From positions 40,953 through 104,952 of IMG/VR virus record IMGVR_UViG_3300008255_000111: a DNA stretch of 64,000 nucleotides; one strand, 5' to 3'. Made by a program: the position numbers and the translations under genes. This stretch comes from a virus. This document shows, in pieces, positions 44,966 to 55,191 of this stretch (the first letter of the stretch is position 1; each line of letters starts with the position of its first letter). The notes under the pieces are model-generated. The model was not told the DNA's origin. It saw nothing but the letters and a program-made list of their open reading frames with translations, and made no database searches.

Positions 44966-46368
44966 CGGATCACCCCGTCAATTGACTTCACAGCAAGCTC
45001 ACCTGGGTTTGTGACAGCGTTCGTCGTCGCGTCAAGAGTAGCGCGCGTGTTCGGCTCAGAAGGCACACTGGAGGAAACTAGGCGCTGTGGGATGTCGGTC
45101 AGGATGTCAGTCTGCGCGGGCGCCTGCCCAGGAGAGTAAGCTGAGATCGAAAGATCAAGACCCTGGCCACCATAGCTGTAAGTCAGCTCGCTGATCTGAT
45201 AGCGCCCATCGTAGAGGAAGGACAAGCCACTGACATGCGCGATATGCCCAGGCAAGATCGTAGGGAGCGGCAGCGTTTGCCACGTCATACTCGACCCGCT
45301 CACATCCTCGGCGCGCGCTTTGAGGTAGGCCAGCTTCGCATCATAAGAAGGATCACTTTTAGAGAGCGTCGGTTGCACTGAGGTGGTGCCCGAGCGATCA
45401 CCAAAGACCTGACTTGAGCCGCCAAGCGAGTCGTCCCTTACCCCAGGTCTGAGGTGGACAACGTTGACGCGCGGATCGTTCCTCGTGATCACGTCTTCAG
45501 CCGTCTCAGCGCCGCTCTCAAGATCAATGTCCTTCGCACCGAGCGCTCCAGTCCCCTTCGCGAAGGCAAGCCCTGAGTTCTTCACTGAGGGGCCGATGAT
45601 CGGCATGATGCCACTGTCGATGTCGATCCGAGCTTTACGGTACTCGAAGCGCCATTCACTCCTGTTGTTGACTCGCTGCTCAGTCGGATCAAAAACCACG
45701 ATGCGATTGCCGTTGATATAAAAGCCAAGCTGGGCGCGCACCGAGATGAGATCCTTGATCAGCATGAACTCGTTGTCTTTAAAGACTTCATTGAGCCGGA
45801 CGCCCATCCTAGACGCAAACCTCACGTTCCCATCGTTGAGTGGGCGCTCGTCCCCTGTCGAAGCGTCAACGTAATAAACGACTGTCCCATAGGCCGCGCA
45901 GATGTCCACGATCAGCTCGTAGATGGTGCGACCATTAGCATTGAGCGAGCGTTCGTTGCGTGAGCTGAACCAAAGCGAGCCCTTCCCCTCGACCGACAAC
46001 ACCACTGAGTCTGGTTGAAACGTCGCGCTTGGAAGGCCAATGACTGTCGCGGAGAACTCGCGCGTCAAGAAGTTGCCGCTTGAGAAGCCAAACTGCACCT
46101 TAAGCGTCTGGCCCGGCGTGAACAGATCGAACCACGCCCCCATGAACGCTTCAAAGTTCAGCGCAGGAACCTCAAGACCAAGGCTAATGTCATTTGACGT
46201 GCCCAGGCGCGTCGTGACTGTCAACGTCTTCATGTAAGGCAGTGAGACGCTACCTTGCGTGCGCCCCACATCGTAAGATGCCCTGTTTGGTGAGAAGTCA
46301 ATAAAGCGACCTGGGTTGTTTCTATCCTCCAGGCGGCAGAGCGCGATCGGATCGATAAAGTTTGTCAC
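44962..46368 (-). CDS. baseplate hub (gpD/gp27-like)
   Basis: Position in the operon; GQTLKVQFGF, ICAAYG and PG..AHVSGL..LYDGRYQI..LTY. Confidence 0.75.
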   Translation of the reverse strand: MTNFIDPIALCRLEDRNNPGRFIDFSPNRASYDVGRTQGSVSLPYMKTLTVTTRLGTSNDISLGLEVPALNFEAFMGAWFDLFTPGQTLKVQFGFSSGNFLTREFSATVIGLPSATFQPDSVVLSVEGKGSLWFSSRNERSLNANGRTIYELIVDICAAYGTVVYYVDASTGDERPLNDGNVRFASRMGVRLNEVFKDNEFMLIKDLISVRAQLGFYINGNRIVVFDPTEQRVNNRSEWRFEYRKARIDIDSGIMPIIGPSVKNSGLAFAKGTGALGAKDIDLESGAETAEDVITRNDPRVNVVHLRPGVRDDSLGGSSQVFGDRSGTTSVQPTLSKSDPSYDAKLAYLKARAEDVSGSSMTWQTLPLPTILPGHIAHVSGLSFLYDGRYQISELTYSYGGQGLDLSISAYSPGQAPAQTDILTDIPQRLVSSSVPSEPNTRATLDATTNAVTNPGELAVKSIDGVIR

Positions 46369-46727
46369 CTGTTCCTCGACGGGCTTTCAGTGCCGCTCGT
46401 GAGCGTCGCCACATAGTCGGCAGCGGGGATGCGCAGTTGCGTCCCTGGTGCAAACTGACTGAAGGGCAAGCGCATGTCATTAGCCAAGGCAATCACCCAC
46501 CACAGCCTAGAATCGCCGTAGACGGCCTGCGCCACATTCTGAGGGTAAAGGGGGCGGGTGACGTCAAAGGTCGTGTCTCCGTTGCGAGGGGATAGGTCAG
46601 GCTGCTTAAAATAGCCCCAGGTCTGTGTCCCGTCCTCCAGCTTGAGCGCGCTCGACTGGTTAAGCCAAGATCCGGCCTTAACCACAAAAGGAGAGCTGCC
46701 GCTCACTGTCTGCTTTCTCGTCGCCAT
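46365..46727 (-). CDS. LysM-like tail X/gp53-like protein
   Basis: VAQAVYGDSRLWWVIALAN...PGTQLRIP. Confidence 0.8.
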   Translation of the reverse strand: MATRKQTVSGSSPFVVKAGSWLNQSSALKLEDGTQTWGYFKQPDLSPRNGDTTFDVTRPLYPQNVAQAVYGDSRLWWVIALANDMRLPFSQFAPGTQLRIPAADYVATLTSGTESPSRNR

Positions 46728-46738
46728 CTAATCACCTC

Positions 46739-49700
46739 CTAGAATAAGCCGCCATCCTCGCTATCTTCTTTCCTTTTCCCGAGCCTGTTGATCGCATCGA
46801 CGATCGCCTTGCCACTCTCGGTCGTCGCTGAGGCGATCGTAGCAAAGCCCTTGCGATTCATCTCGACGACTGGCGTGTCGTCGGCTGCGGGCACACCCAG
46901 CGCCGCTTGAGGTGCCACGGCCCTCGTCTGCTTCACAGATGCCACTGGCGTGACTGATGCCGGGTTGCTTCTGGCGAGGTAGTTGGCATTGAACTCGCGC
47001 TCGCTGGCACCAACACCACTCAGATAAGCTGAGCCAATACCCTGCACGTTCGCACCCGTGTTGCGCTCAAGATCCGCCCTTCTCGACTCAAGGTTGCGCT
47101 TGTTGTAGTAGGCCACGCCTCTGAGCTGGCCCTGCATGATAGACAGGTTCTCAGCCATCTTAGACGCCATCGTGACACCCTGCGCTGAGTTATTCGCGCT
47201 CACCGCCGCCTCATAGTCGCCAACAATGCGCGCTCGCTCCTCAGCAAGCTGCTCGCTCGACTTCTTACGGGCGTCCTCGATCAGCTTCGCGTCGAACATG
47301 GTCCCCTTGGTGAAGCCAAACTCAGACGCGTTCATCCCGAGGAACGCTTCTGCTGAGGCAGGCAGCAGACCTCTTGGAATCTTGCGAGCGATCTTCTGGA
47401 TGGTGATGATCTGCGACACCACGAACTGCTCGATCGCCTGGACGATCGGCGCCAGCACGTCAAACACGACCGTCTGCTTAAAGCCAGTGAATGAGGCCGT
47501 CAGGTTGAGCAGCATCATCTTGCCACCCATCTTAAAGCCTTCAAAGAAATTCTTGCTGCTCTTGTGAAGCTCGTTAAAGACGCCCTGGGCGATCTCAAGA
47601 CCCTTTACAAAGCGCTCGATCACACCGAGCAGCGCACCACCGCCTACCTCAGCGATCGTCCAGAACACCTCCATTGAGGTGATCTTAAAGCGCTCAAACG
47701 CATACTTGCCACCCTCAATCGCGAGGTCAAAGATCATGATCGCCTTGAGCATCCAGCCCTCGGCCTGCATCACAAGAGAGTCGTAGAAGTTCTGAAAGTC
47801 CTTCTTACCGATCCCTAGCGACTTAGAGATCATGCCGGGGATGCCCAAGAACATCGCGTTCAAGATGGAGGTGAAGCTCGATGCGATGTTAAACCCTGTG
47901 TCATTCATCTCCTTGAGCGACATCTCGCCATATTTGTTGATCAGCTTGGCGCTGTTCTTCGCGATCGATGGTGCTTGCTCATAGATCGCGACGGCGCCCA
48001 TCACGCCGCCTGCGACCTTGGCGATACGACCCGCACCCTTGAGCTTGGAGCCGCCCCCCGCTTTCGCAGCGAGCTTACCTGCCCCACCAAGAATGCCTCG
48101 GCCCGCTTTGCCCGCCAGCTTCCCTCCAGGCAGTTTGCCCATCGCAGCGAGGCCCACGCCTGCCACGAGCGCACCTCCCACAAACTTACCCGCACCTTCT
48201 GCTTTCTTGCTCGCGGGCATGTTGGGGTCCGCGACGTACTGAAACGCCTTAGAGAGCATCCCTGAGATTGACCCTCCCAGCGCTCGAAGCGTTGAGGTGC
48301 CCAGCTTGGCAAACGCATCAGTCAGCCTAGATGTGGTTTTTTCGGCAAGGCTCTTGGTGGGGTCGGCCAGGGCGGCATCCCCAGAAGGCCCTGAGATCAT
48401 CTTCTCTAAGATGTCAGTCGCGAAGTCGAAGGCCCCGATGAACGCATCGCCCATGAAGCCGCCAACCTTCTCTCCAAGGCTCTCCCAATCCACTTTATCA
48501 AGAAGCCCACTGAGCCCGTTGAGGATCTTCGTTCCCATGTAGCTCAGGCCAGAGATGATCTTAGGCGCGATCTCAACGGCCTGCGTCCAAGCAGCTCCGA
48601 GCGCTTTCTCGATCTTGGGCCAGTTTTTCTTGATCGTCTTCTCAGCGTTATCAACAAAGCCCTTGATCCCGCCTTTGAAGTTCTTTTCAAGGTGGATGAG
48701 GCCATAGATGAGCGCAGCTCCCCCGCCGATAAGACCCAACGGACCCATCAGGAACTTGGTGAAGTTGAAGCCCATGAACTTCATCGCCGCTGCGACCGCC
48801 AAGAGCTGAGGCGCGAAGCTCGCAAGAGCACCCACCGCGCCAAGCACCTTGCTCTCGTTCTCGTCAAAGAAGGCATTGAGGAATTTAAACTGCCTCATTG
48901 AGTCGATGATTGAGATCGCGACGCCTTGGATACCAGCCACACGGAAGGCAAGGAAAGCTCGCGTCGCCGCGCCGACTGGTCCCGTGTCCTTGCTCCACTT
49001 CTCTAGCTGATCACCTATCGCCTTATAAGCCTTGTTGTTGAGTTTAAGGAACTTCGACTGCACACCTGAAGCCGCTGCCATGTGGCTGAGGCGTGTGTTG
49101 AACTTCTCCTGCATCCTGCTGAACATATCAGCGGCGGTGAAGCCTGTTCGATACGCTTTGGCGAGGTTGTTGGCGCTGCCCGCTGCGTTGGTGAGCGACT
49201 TCTGAACGCGATCGATCTCCCCCGCCACTTTGGAGAAGTTGCCCTTGATCAACCAGTCAGGCGAGGCGTTCATCGACTGCAAGAGATTCTTGTCTACAAA
49301 CTTCTTCTGCGCGTCGGTCAGGTTGGTGTAGTTGGCAGCGAGCGCCTTCACAAAGTCAAGCGGGTTGGCTCTCATTAGCTCAGTAGCCGACCCAAAGTCG
49401 CCCATGCTCAGGTTAAGGCGCTGAAGCATGTCAGGCAGATCGGCGCCCACGCCCTGCGCAAGCGACTCGAAGTCGTTACGCGTATCGGCAAGCATCGAGA
49501 ACAGATCCGTCGCCTTGCTGATGGCTTCAGACGGCTTGTCCCCCGTCTTAATCATCGCGCCTGCCAACAGCAGCACTTGGTCGTTAAGCTCGGTCATCTC
49601 CTTGGCAGTGACGTTGGGGTTGATCTTCCTGAGCTTGTCGTCAAACGTGCTCAGCGTACTCCCCATTGACTGCATCACCGTGTCGGCAAAACCAAGCTCT

Positions 49701-50290
49701 TGACCGATCTTCACGCTGCGATCCAAGAACTTCTTGGCCTCAGTCTCGCTGAAGCCATAAGACTTGGTGAGGAGTCTGATGTTTGTCACCAGATCCTTGC
49801 CGCTGACGCCCGCCACCTCTGCAAACTTCGTGAACTCTTGGAGGTTTTTAAAGCCGAGGTTTTGGAGTGACAGGCCAGAGCGCTCAAGCTCAACCCACGT
49901 CTCCTGCACCGCCTTAGAGTCAACGTTCAAATCGTAGAAGAACGCCGTCTCTTTCTTCATCTGCCGGAGCTGCTTAGAGGTCAGGCCAGCATTAGCGCCA
50001 AGAGCGGCGGCTGATTTCCCTGCACTGGCGAAGGTTGAATCAAGGCTTGTGCTGAGGTTGATATTGGAGGAGGCGGCGTCACCTACTGAGTCTAGCTTCT
50101 TCACAAGCTGGTCGAGCTTGGCGAGGCTCACCGCGTCAATCAAGCTGTTGAGCGAGTTGACCTTGCCGATCTTGGTCAGGACAGACTCGATCGACTCTAG
50201 CTTCTTATAGAGCAGAGCGATCTCTTTCTTTGCGCTATCTGCCTTCGCAAAGAAAGAGACGCCGAGGCCACCATAATTTCTGTCACCCAT
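46739..50290 (-). CDS. tape measure protein
   Basis: 1183 aa, Ala/Gly/Lys-rich and helical with hydrophobic segments; canonical position. Confidence 0.85.
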   Translation of the reverse strand: MGDRNYGGLGVSFFAKADSAKKEIALLYKKLESIESVLTKIGKVNSLNSLIDAVSLAKLDQLVKKLDSVGDAASSNINLSTSLDSTFASAGKSAAALGANAGLTSKQLRQMKKETAFFYDLNVDSKAVQETWVELERSGLSLQNLGFKNLQEFTKFAEVAGVSGKDLVTNIRLLTKSYGFSETEAKKFLDRSVKIGQELGFADTVMQSMGSTLSTFDDKLRKINPNVTAKEMTELNDQVLLLAGAMIKTGDKPSEAISKATDLFSMLADTRNDFESLAQGVGADLPDMLQRLNLSMGDFGSATELMRANPLDFVKALAANYTNLTDAQKKFVDKNLLQSMNASPDWLIKGNFSKVAGEIDRVQKSLTNAAGSANNLAKAYRTGFTAADMFSRMQEKFNTRLSHMAAASGVQSKFLKLNNKAYKAIGDQLEKWSKDTGPVGAATRAFLAFRVAGIQGVAISIIDSMRQFKFLNAFFDENESKVLGAVGALASFAPQLLAVAAAMKFMGFNFTKFLMGPLGLIGGGAALIYGLIHLEKNFKGGIKGFVDNAEKTIKKNWPKIEKALGAAWTQAVEIAPKIISGLSYMGTKILNGLSGLLDKVDWESLGEKVGGFMGDAFIGAFDFATDILEKMISGPSGDAALADPTKSLAEKTTSRLTDAFAKLGTSTLRALGGSISGMLSKAFQYVADPNMPASKKAEGAGKFVGGALVAGVGLAAMGKLPGGKLAGKAGRGILGGAGKLAAKAGGGSKLKGAGRIAKVAGGVMGAVAIYEQAPSIAKNSAKLINKYGEMSLKEMNDTGFNIASSFTSILNAMFLGIPGMISKSLGIGKKDFQNFYDSLVMQAEGWMLKAIMIFDLAIEGGKYAFERFKITSMEVFWTIAEVGGGALLGVIERFVKGLEIAQGVFNELHKSSKNFFEGFKMGGKMMLLNLTASFTGFKQTVVFDVLAPIVQAIEQFVVSQIITIQKIARKIPRGLLPASAEAFLGMNASEFGFTKGTMFDAKLIEDARKKSSEQLAEERARIVGDYEAAVSANNSAQGVTMASKMAENLSIMQGQLRGVAYYNKRNLESRRADLERNTGANVQGIGSAYLSGVGASEREFNANYLARSNPASVTPVASVKQTRAVAPQAALGVPAADDTPVVEMNRKGFATIASATTESGKAIVDAINRLGKRKEDSEDGGLF

Positions 50291-50293
50291 CGT

Positions 50294-50635
50294 TCACCAC
50301 CGCAGTACAAGAAAGACCCTCTTGTGCTTGATCATCAAGTCTTGCGGTAAAGTGTCGTTCAACTCAGGGTCGGGAACAAGGACCACATGATCGCGCTCTG
50401 CGTCGTCCTCGTCTTCTTTGAGGTAGAGCAGGTAATAATAAGAGCGGCCCTCAAACACCATCATGATGTCGCGCTCAAAGCCATGCTCCTCAAGCGCGTC
50501 CCAGGCAGCGGCGAAGATCGGACTATCTGCGATCGCCAAGCTCAAGACGCCTGAGTCCCCAAAGGGCTCAACCTTGACGTTCGGGATGATAATGAACGGG
50601 CAGGTCGTATCCTGATCGAACTCAAGCCTGAACAT
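50294..50635 (-). CDS. hypothetical protein
   Basis: 113-aa ORF with a GAGG RBS. Confidence 0.6.
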   Translation of the reverse strand: MFRLEFDQDTTCPFIIIPNVKVEPFGDSGVLSLAIADSPIFAAAWDALEEHGFERDIMMVFEGRSYYYLLYLKEDEDDAERDHVVLVPDPELNDTLPQDLMIKHKRVFLVLRW

Positions 50636-50653
50636 GGGAACCTCTCTCTCTTG

Positions 50654-50959
50654 TCACTTGCCGCCGAAGATCCTGCCAAGCAGCTTGCTGAGTCCTTTGA
50701 ACTTGAGGCTTTCTTGCTCTGCTTCGTTTTGGCGGCGCTTATTGATCCAGTGCAGCATCAACGACCTCTCAGCGACGCTCATGTCAAGCACGTCATCAAG
50801 ACGCACACCAAGCTCAAGCGCAATCTCGCCTGAAGTCTCGATCACATCTGAGACGTGATCTGCGCTGCCATGAGGCATGAAGAATGAGGCGCCTGCGTAG
50901 TAGAATGCCTCGATCGCTGTGTGTGGACGCTTTTTTAAGTCTGGACCGACTCGGCTCAC
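50654..50959 (-). CDS. tail assembly chaperone C-terminal part (probable -1 frameshift extension)
   Basis: Lies in the -1 frame of the upstream chaperone and is open back through the T8 run; LDDVLDMSVAERSLML. Confidence 0.55.
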   Translation of the reverse strand: MSRVGPDLKKRPHTAIEAFYYAGASFFMPHGSADHVSDVIETSGEIALELGVRLDDVLDMSVAERSLMLHWINKRRQNEAEQESLKFKGLSKLLGRIFGGK

Positions 50960-51987
50960 ACTTCCAAGTCGGTAGGGTAAAAAAAAGCGGGGTCTTGCGG
51001 GTGAAGCAAGAACTCAAGGTTGGCGCCACACGAGTTGCACGACAGGTAAACGTTGTGATCGAAGTAGGGCTCATAGGAGGTGAACTCCTTGAAGATGAGA
51101 AGCCTCACCGCCTCGGGGAGCGTCAGCAGCTTGTCGATACTGTCGAGCTTAGACAAGACCAGCGCTCCGTCGTCTGTTTGCCCTCCCGTGTGGCGGCGGC
51201 CCAGATAGACCGTCTCGACCTCATCGTCTTTGTTGAGCTTAGGGAAGGTGATATTATCGATCCTGGCGACGCACGCTGATGTCACAATATCAAGGCTGCG
51301 CTCGTTTGGATCTGCGACATCTTGGCGGTTGGCCACTTCTTTCCTTCGGTGACGCTTGCGGTCCACAGCGGCGGCCTTCGTGCGACTTTCCTCCCTCAAC
51401 TGCTTGTCCACGTCAAAGAGGTACTTGGCGTCGTGCTGAGTCATCATGTGCCAAGTGACTTCCCAGACATAGCCGTGAACGTTGATGCTGGAGGTGATCG
51501 GCTCAAAGTGGTCCACGTCTAGCCCCTCGACGCCCATCTCCTCCATGTTCGCCGTGTAGCGCGCGTCGTGGCCACACTTCTCACATTCAATCCTGAACGT
51601 GTATTTGCTGCCCAAGCTCATCTGACGCAGCTTAAACAGCAGATAGGTGTAGTCCGCCAAGAGGATGCGCCCTTTAAGGATCTCTAGGATCTCGTGCCTG
51701 CTCGTATAGTTTCCAAAGGCGGCGATCGACTCTAGCAGGAGCCGATCGAGCGCCACGTCGCCAGCGATCTTGCCCGATGTAGCATCTGACAGGACCATAT
51801 CACCCTTACCTGTGATGCCTTTAAGGAGCACAGTCGGCAGGCGCTCGCCCTTATAGAGCGGCCCACCAAAAGGAAGCTCCACCGTTGCAAGGAAGTCTTT
51901 GCCGTCAAACTTAATCTCAGGCAGCTCACCGAGCGTCTTGGTGGCGTGCATCTCCAGCTTTTCGAGAACGTCTTTTTTATCACTCAT
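50956..51987 (-). CDS. tail/baseplate assembly chaperone (gp26-like, Zn-binding)
   Basis: DYTYLLFKLRQMSLG, CEKCG, CNSCG and C-terminal AFFYP; start MSDKK. Confidence 0.7.
   Translation of the reverse strand: MSDKKDVLEKLEMHATKTLGELPEIKFDGKDFLATVELPFGGPLYKGERLPTVLLKGITGKGDMVLSDATSGKIAGDVALDRLLLESIAAFGNYTSRHEILEILKGRILLADYTYLLFKLRQMSLGSKYTFRIECEKCGHDARYTANMEEMGVEGLDVDHFEPITSSINVHGYVWEVTWHMMTQHDAKYLFDVDKQLREESRTKAAAVDRKRHRRKEVANRQDVADPNERSLDIVTSACVARIDNITFPKLNKDDEVETVYLGRRHTGGQTDDGALVLSKLDSIDKLLTLPEAVRLLIFKEFTSYEPYFDHNVYLSCNSCGANLEFLLHPQDPAFFYPTDLEV
50979..50986 (-). other. putative -1 slippery site (GCT TTT TTT TAC)
   Basis: T8 run a few codons before the chaperone stop, with the -1 frame open. 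Confidence 0.55.
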
Positions 51988-52007
51988 GGGAAACCTCGGG
52001 AAAGCGA

Positions 52008-52023
52008 CTGCAATCGATTGCAG
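52008..52023. repeat. 16-bp palindrome, copy 14 (extends to 20 bp)
   Basis: Exact match; flanks GA/TC. Confidence 0.95.
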
Positions 52024-52187
52024 TCCAACGTGGGGAGCTTTCAAGCTCGTAAATGGTGACTTCACCTTGGGCGGCCCGCTCACACACCTTGAGCCAAAGC
52101 TCGATCGCGGCGTCGCGCGTGCCTGCCTTGTGGTGAATAAAGCAACGACCACCCTCCTGCCAGAACACCTGGAAGCCTAAAGGCGTC

Positions 52188-52928
52188 TCACCTGTGGCGA
52201 TCATTCTTCTCATGAGTCCCATCCAACACAGCTAACCTTGACTTGGCAACACTAATGGCCTCAGCCGATATATCATTAACAATGAAGCGACGGCCATGTC
52301 GAGCTGCACATACTGCTGTGGTGCCGCTGCCGACGAACGGGTCAATGACCATATCGCCTGCGTTGGTGCTGTTGAGCAAAAGCGTGCTCACAAGCTCCTC
52401 CGGCTTCTGTGTGGGATAGCCCTTGTGAATCGGAGGCACCAAGAGCACGTCAGGCACAGACAAATCATTGAGGCGCCGCTTGTCCCTCTTTCCAGGCTTA
52501 GGGCCGCGCCCGAACATCAGGATGTTCTCGCTGGTGCGGCGGTAGTGATAGCCCATACCCATCTTGAGCTTGCCCGGCTCTTTCGCTGCCTTCACCCATG
52601 TCAGGCTGTTCCAGAACCAGAAGCCCGCTGCCACAGCCATCGGATGTGCGACAAAGGCTGTCTCATCATCACAGAAAAAATAGAAGTGCGTGTTCGGCTT
52701 CATGACGCGGTAAATCTCGCTCATGAGCGAGGGGATGTTTTCGTTTTTAAAGACCTGAAACCAGTCGTTACTACTTGCGTCGCTATGACTAAGGCGCGTG
52801 GTCGTCCCAACGCTTCGGTGCTTCTCTAGTGACTCGTAAGCAATATCTGTGATCACGCAGTCAGCGACCCCTGACTCAAGGCCCGACAAAAACTCAATGG
52901 CGTCCTTCGTCGCAAAGGTGCGATCCAT
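52188..52928 (-). CDS. beta-class N4/N6 DNA methyltransferase with variant motif IV (DIAY)
   Basis: DCVITDIAY, YPTQKPEEL and VIDPFVGSGTT. Confidence 0.85.
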   Translation of the reverse strand: MDRTFATKDAIEFLSGLESGVADCVITDIAYESLEKHRSVGTTTRLSHSDASSNDWFQVFKNENIPSLMSEIYRVMKPNTHFYFFCDDETAFVAHPMAVAAGFWFWNSLTWVKAAKEPGKLKMGMGYHYRRTSENILMFGRGPKPGKRDKRRLNDLSVPDVLLVPPIHKGYPTQKPEELVSTLLLNSTNAGDMVIDPFVGSGTTAVCAARHGRRFIVNDISAEAISVAKSRLAVLDGTHEKNDRHR

Positions 52929-53093
52929 TAGACCCTCGTTCGCTGAGGTTTGATATGACAAGAACCGAGACAGGCCGTGATGTGAAATCACGGCCTGTCC
53001 CTGCAACCCATAAGGAAAGACACCCGCAGCCATTTCCTTATATGTTGAAGATGACGACGCGCCCTTGTTCGCGCCGCCGTCCTCACCATTAAG

Positions 53094-53282
53094 CTACCCA
53101 ACAGGAAAGAGGGGCACAACCCATATTTTACCAAGGGCCGTTTTATTTTGGTCTTTCACCTTCTCCAAGTCCTCACTGTTCCAGACCGTGCTCAGCCCTG
53201 GACTTGCAACCAACAACGGGGTGTTGGCCGTCGTCGTGGTGACACTCTCCTCTTGCTCTTGCTTGTGTTCATCTGAGCGCAT
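53094..53282 (-). CDS. small hypothetical protein
   Basis: 62-aa ORF with a GAGGA RBS. Confidence 0.4.
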   Translation of the reverse strand: MRSDEHKQEQEESVTTTTANTPLLVASPGLSTVWNSEDLEKVKDQNKTALGKIWVVPLFPVG

Positions 53283-53931
53283 TCCTCACCTCTCTAAGTC
53301 TAAGCGGCGTCCCCAGCACAAACTCGCTAAAGCTGGAGATGCTGATGTCCAGCTCCGCCACGCTGATCTCCTCGCCACTTCCATCGAAGTCCTGAGCTGC
53401 TTTATAGCGCGTCGGCACGCAGCCCTTCAAGAGCCAGACACGAGCCGACCAGTCCAGCGCTGAGGCAGCGAGGCCCGTCGCCGCTGAGATCACTGGACGG
53501 TCGCGCTGGTTGCTCGCAAGCGCTGACACAAGAAGGCTTGAGACGATGCCTATCTTCTCGATGTCGCTTTTCCTACTGTCGATCTGACCGTGGATCTGGA
53601 TGAGCGCCAAGTCGCGACGATAGATGCCTCGACCATGCTGAGCTTTTCTGATCCACTGGTAGAACTCATCGTCGCCTGTGAGCACCCCTCGTTGAAGCGT
53701 CAGCGCATCGACCTTGCCACGCTTAATCACATCGATCGAGTAAGGCAAGTTGCCCGGCCTAACCTCCTGCGTCTCAAGCGAGATCGATGGTGCTGTGATC
53801 GACTTGAAGCCGATCTGCGGCGTCAGCGCCAGAAAAGGCACGTTGAGGTTGCTAAAGCCGCCTGTGCGCGTCACGTCAAGCAAGTGGAAGTTGAAGCTGT
53901 TGAAGTAGTCTTCTGATGTCGTGCGCGCCAT
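53269..53931 (-). CDS. tail tube protein 2 (gp19-like)
   Basis: FNFHL, GFKSITAP, LTLQRGV..GD.EFYQWI, WLLKGCVP.RY and ISVAELDI. Confidence 0.85.
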   Translation of the reverse strand: MARTTSEDYFNSFNFHLLDVTRTGGFSNLNVPFLALTPQIGFKSITAPSISLETQEVRPGNLPYSIDVIKRGKVDALTLQRGVLTGDDEFYQWIRKAQHGRGIYRRDLALIQIHGQIDSRKSDIEKIGIVSSLLVSALASNQRDRPVISAATGLAASALDWSARVWLLKGCVPTRYKAAQDFDGSGEEISVAELDISISSFSEFVLGTPLRLREVRNALR

Positions 53932-53955
53932 AGTCTCACCTTCAAATGATAAGGG

Positions 53956-53971
53956 CTGCAATCGCTTGCAG
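53956..53971. repeat. palindrome variant CTGCAATCGCTTGCAG, copy 15 (arms extend 53950-53977)
   Basis: One mismatch within the central 4 nt; flanks TAAGGG/CCCTTA. Confidence 0.9.
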
Positions 53972-53980
53972 CCCTTAAGA

Positions 53981-54523
53981 TCAGGTGGGGAGGCGGGAGT
54001 CGTCAACCGTGAACTGCTCAAACTTCAGATCGACCTCTTGCATAGAGGCGTCCTCGCTCGTGGCGTCAAGGTCAGACCCAGGCTTGGCCCTCACCACAAA
54101 CGCTTCGTTCACGCTGATGATTCGAGCCGCCTGTGGGTTGTAGGCGGGCTGGCGTTGACGAAGGTTGGGCGCCGTGTCTTGAGTGAACTGATAGATCGTA
54201 AGATCCATCCTGTATTCAAGCCTTTCGAGGTAGCGCTCGATCATCCTTAAGAACGTGGTGTCAAGCCTGACTACGCCGCGCGTCATGCTGATCTCGTTCG
54301 TGCTTAAGAGGCCGGGCTGGTGGATGGGGAAGGGGCTTAAGCCGTGGCGATACTCAATCTGCCCAACCGTATATTCAGGATAGGTGACTGACTGAAAGCC
54401 CGCCTCGGCCCCGTCTGGACCCTTGTTGAAGCCCACGGGATTTGAGGTGTTAGGGTCCGCGCTCACCGAGGTGACGTGGAACCTGAAGTTTTGCATGAAG
54501 TCGTCTGTGCTCGCGCGTGGCAT
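53981..54523 (-). CDS. tail tube protein 1 (gp19-like)
   Basis: NFRFHV, AGFQSVT.PE, IEYRHG, ISMTRGV and SDLDATS. Confidence 0.9.
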   Translation of the reverse strand: MPRASTDDFMQNFRFHVTSVSADPNTSNPVGFNKGPDGAEAGFQSVTYPEYTVGQIEYRHGLSPFPIHQPGLLSTNEISMTRGVVRLDTTFLRMIERYLERLEYRMDLTIYQFTQDTAPNLRQRQPAYNPQAARIISVNEAFVVRAKPGSDLDATSEDASMQEVDLKFEQFTVDDSRLPT

Positions 54524-54552
54524 TCAAGCCTCCTTTTGATCAGCTCTAAGAT

Positions 54553-55191
54553 TTAAGGCATCCAGCCTGACGTGCCCATATAGGGAGCGGCCAAGCGATT
54601 TAACACATCACCAAAGGTCAACGTCTCTCGGTCTTCTCCCGTGAGCGCACCTCTCAAGCCATTAAAGACCTGATACCACTCATAGGTCGTCAGGGCGTCT
54701 CTAGGCAGAAGACCCAAGCCGTAGGGGTGCGCGGCGGCGGCGTCGATAGCCTGGACATACTGGACCACCGAGTTATAAGAGTTGCGCCCCACTAGGCTCT
54801 TGAAAATCGCGTTGTAACGACCACCTTGCAGAAGCTCTCGGAGGTCGGTCGTGGTGTAGACCTGAACCTCCTGCGCCGGAGGATAAGCCCAACTCCGATT
54901 CTGAACCGCCTGGAAAAGCCGGACGAGCTGAGGCGCGTAGATGGGCAAGCCATCATAAGGCAGCAGCGAGTCAAGCTCTAGGGCGACTGGTCCCTTCATC
55001 GGAGTCGAAGGGCGATCGACTATCCTAAAGCGCACATTACAACCATCCTTAACGCGGCGCTTTAAGGATGTGAGCGCATCCACGATCTCTGCCCAGCCTT
55101 CCCCATTAGGATCGTCGGGTTGAGCATAGCTTTGCCGGGCGTCTGTCGTCCTATTGATCAAGGACTCGGATAAAAGTTTGGACAGGCTCAT
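54553..55191 (-). CDS. hypothetical protein
   Basis: 212-aa ORF between the sheath and tube genes; AGGAG RBS. Confidence 0.7.
   Translation of the reverse strand: MSLSKLLSESLINRTTDARQSYAQPDDPNGEGWAEIVDALTSLKRRVKDGCNVRFRIVDRPSTPMKGPVALELDSLLPYDGLPIYAPQLVRLFQAVQNRSWAYPPAQEVQVYTTTDLRELLQGGRYNAIFKSLVGRNSYNSVVQYVQAIDAAAAHPYGLGLLPRDALTTYEWYQVFNGLRGALTGEDRETLTFGDVLNRLAAPYMGTSGWMP

Noticed and set aside
51980-52222. Small ORF spanning palindrome copy 14 (TAIDCS)
   Set aside because: It may be real because it fills the gap, but it has no motif support, so I did not call it.
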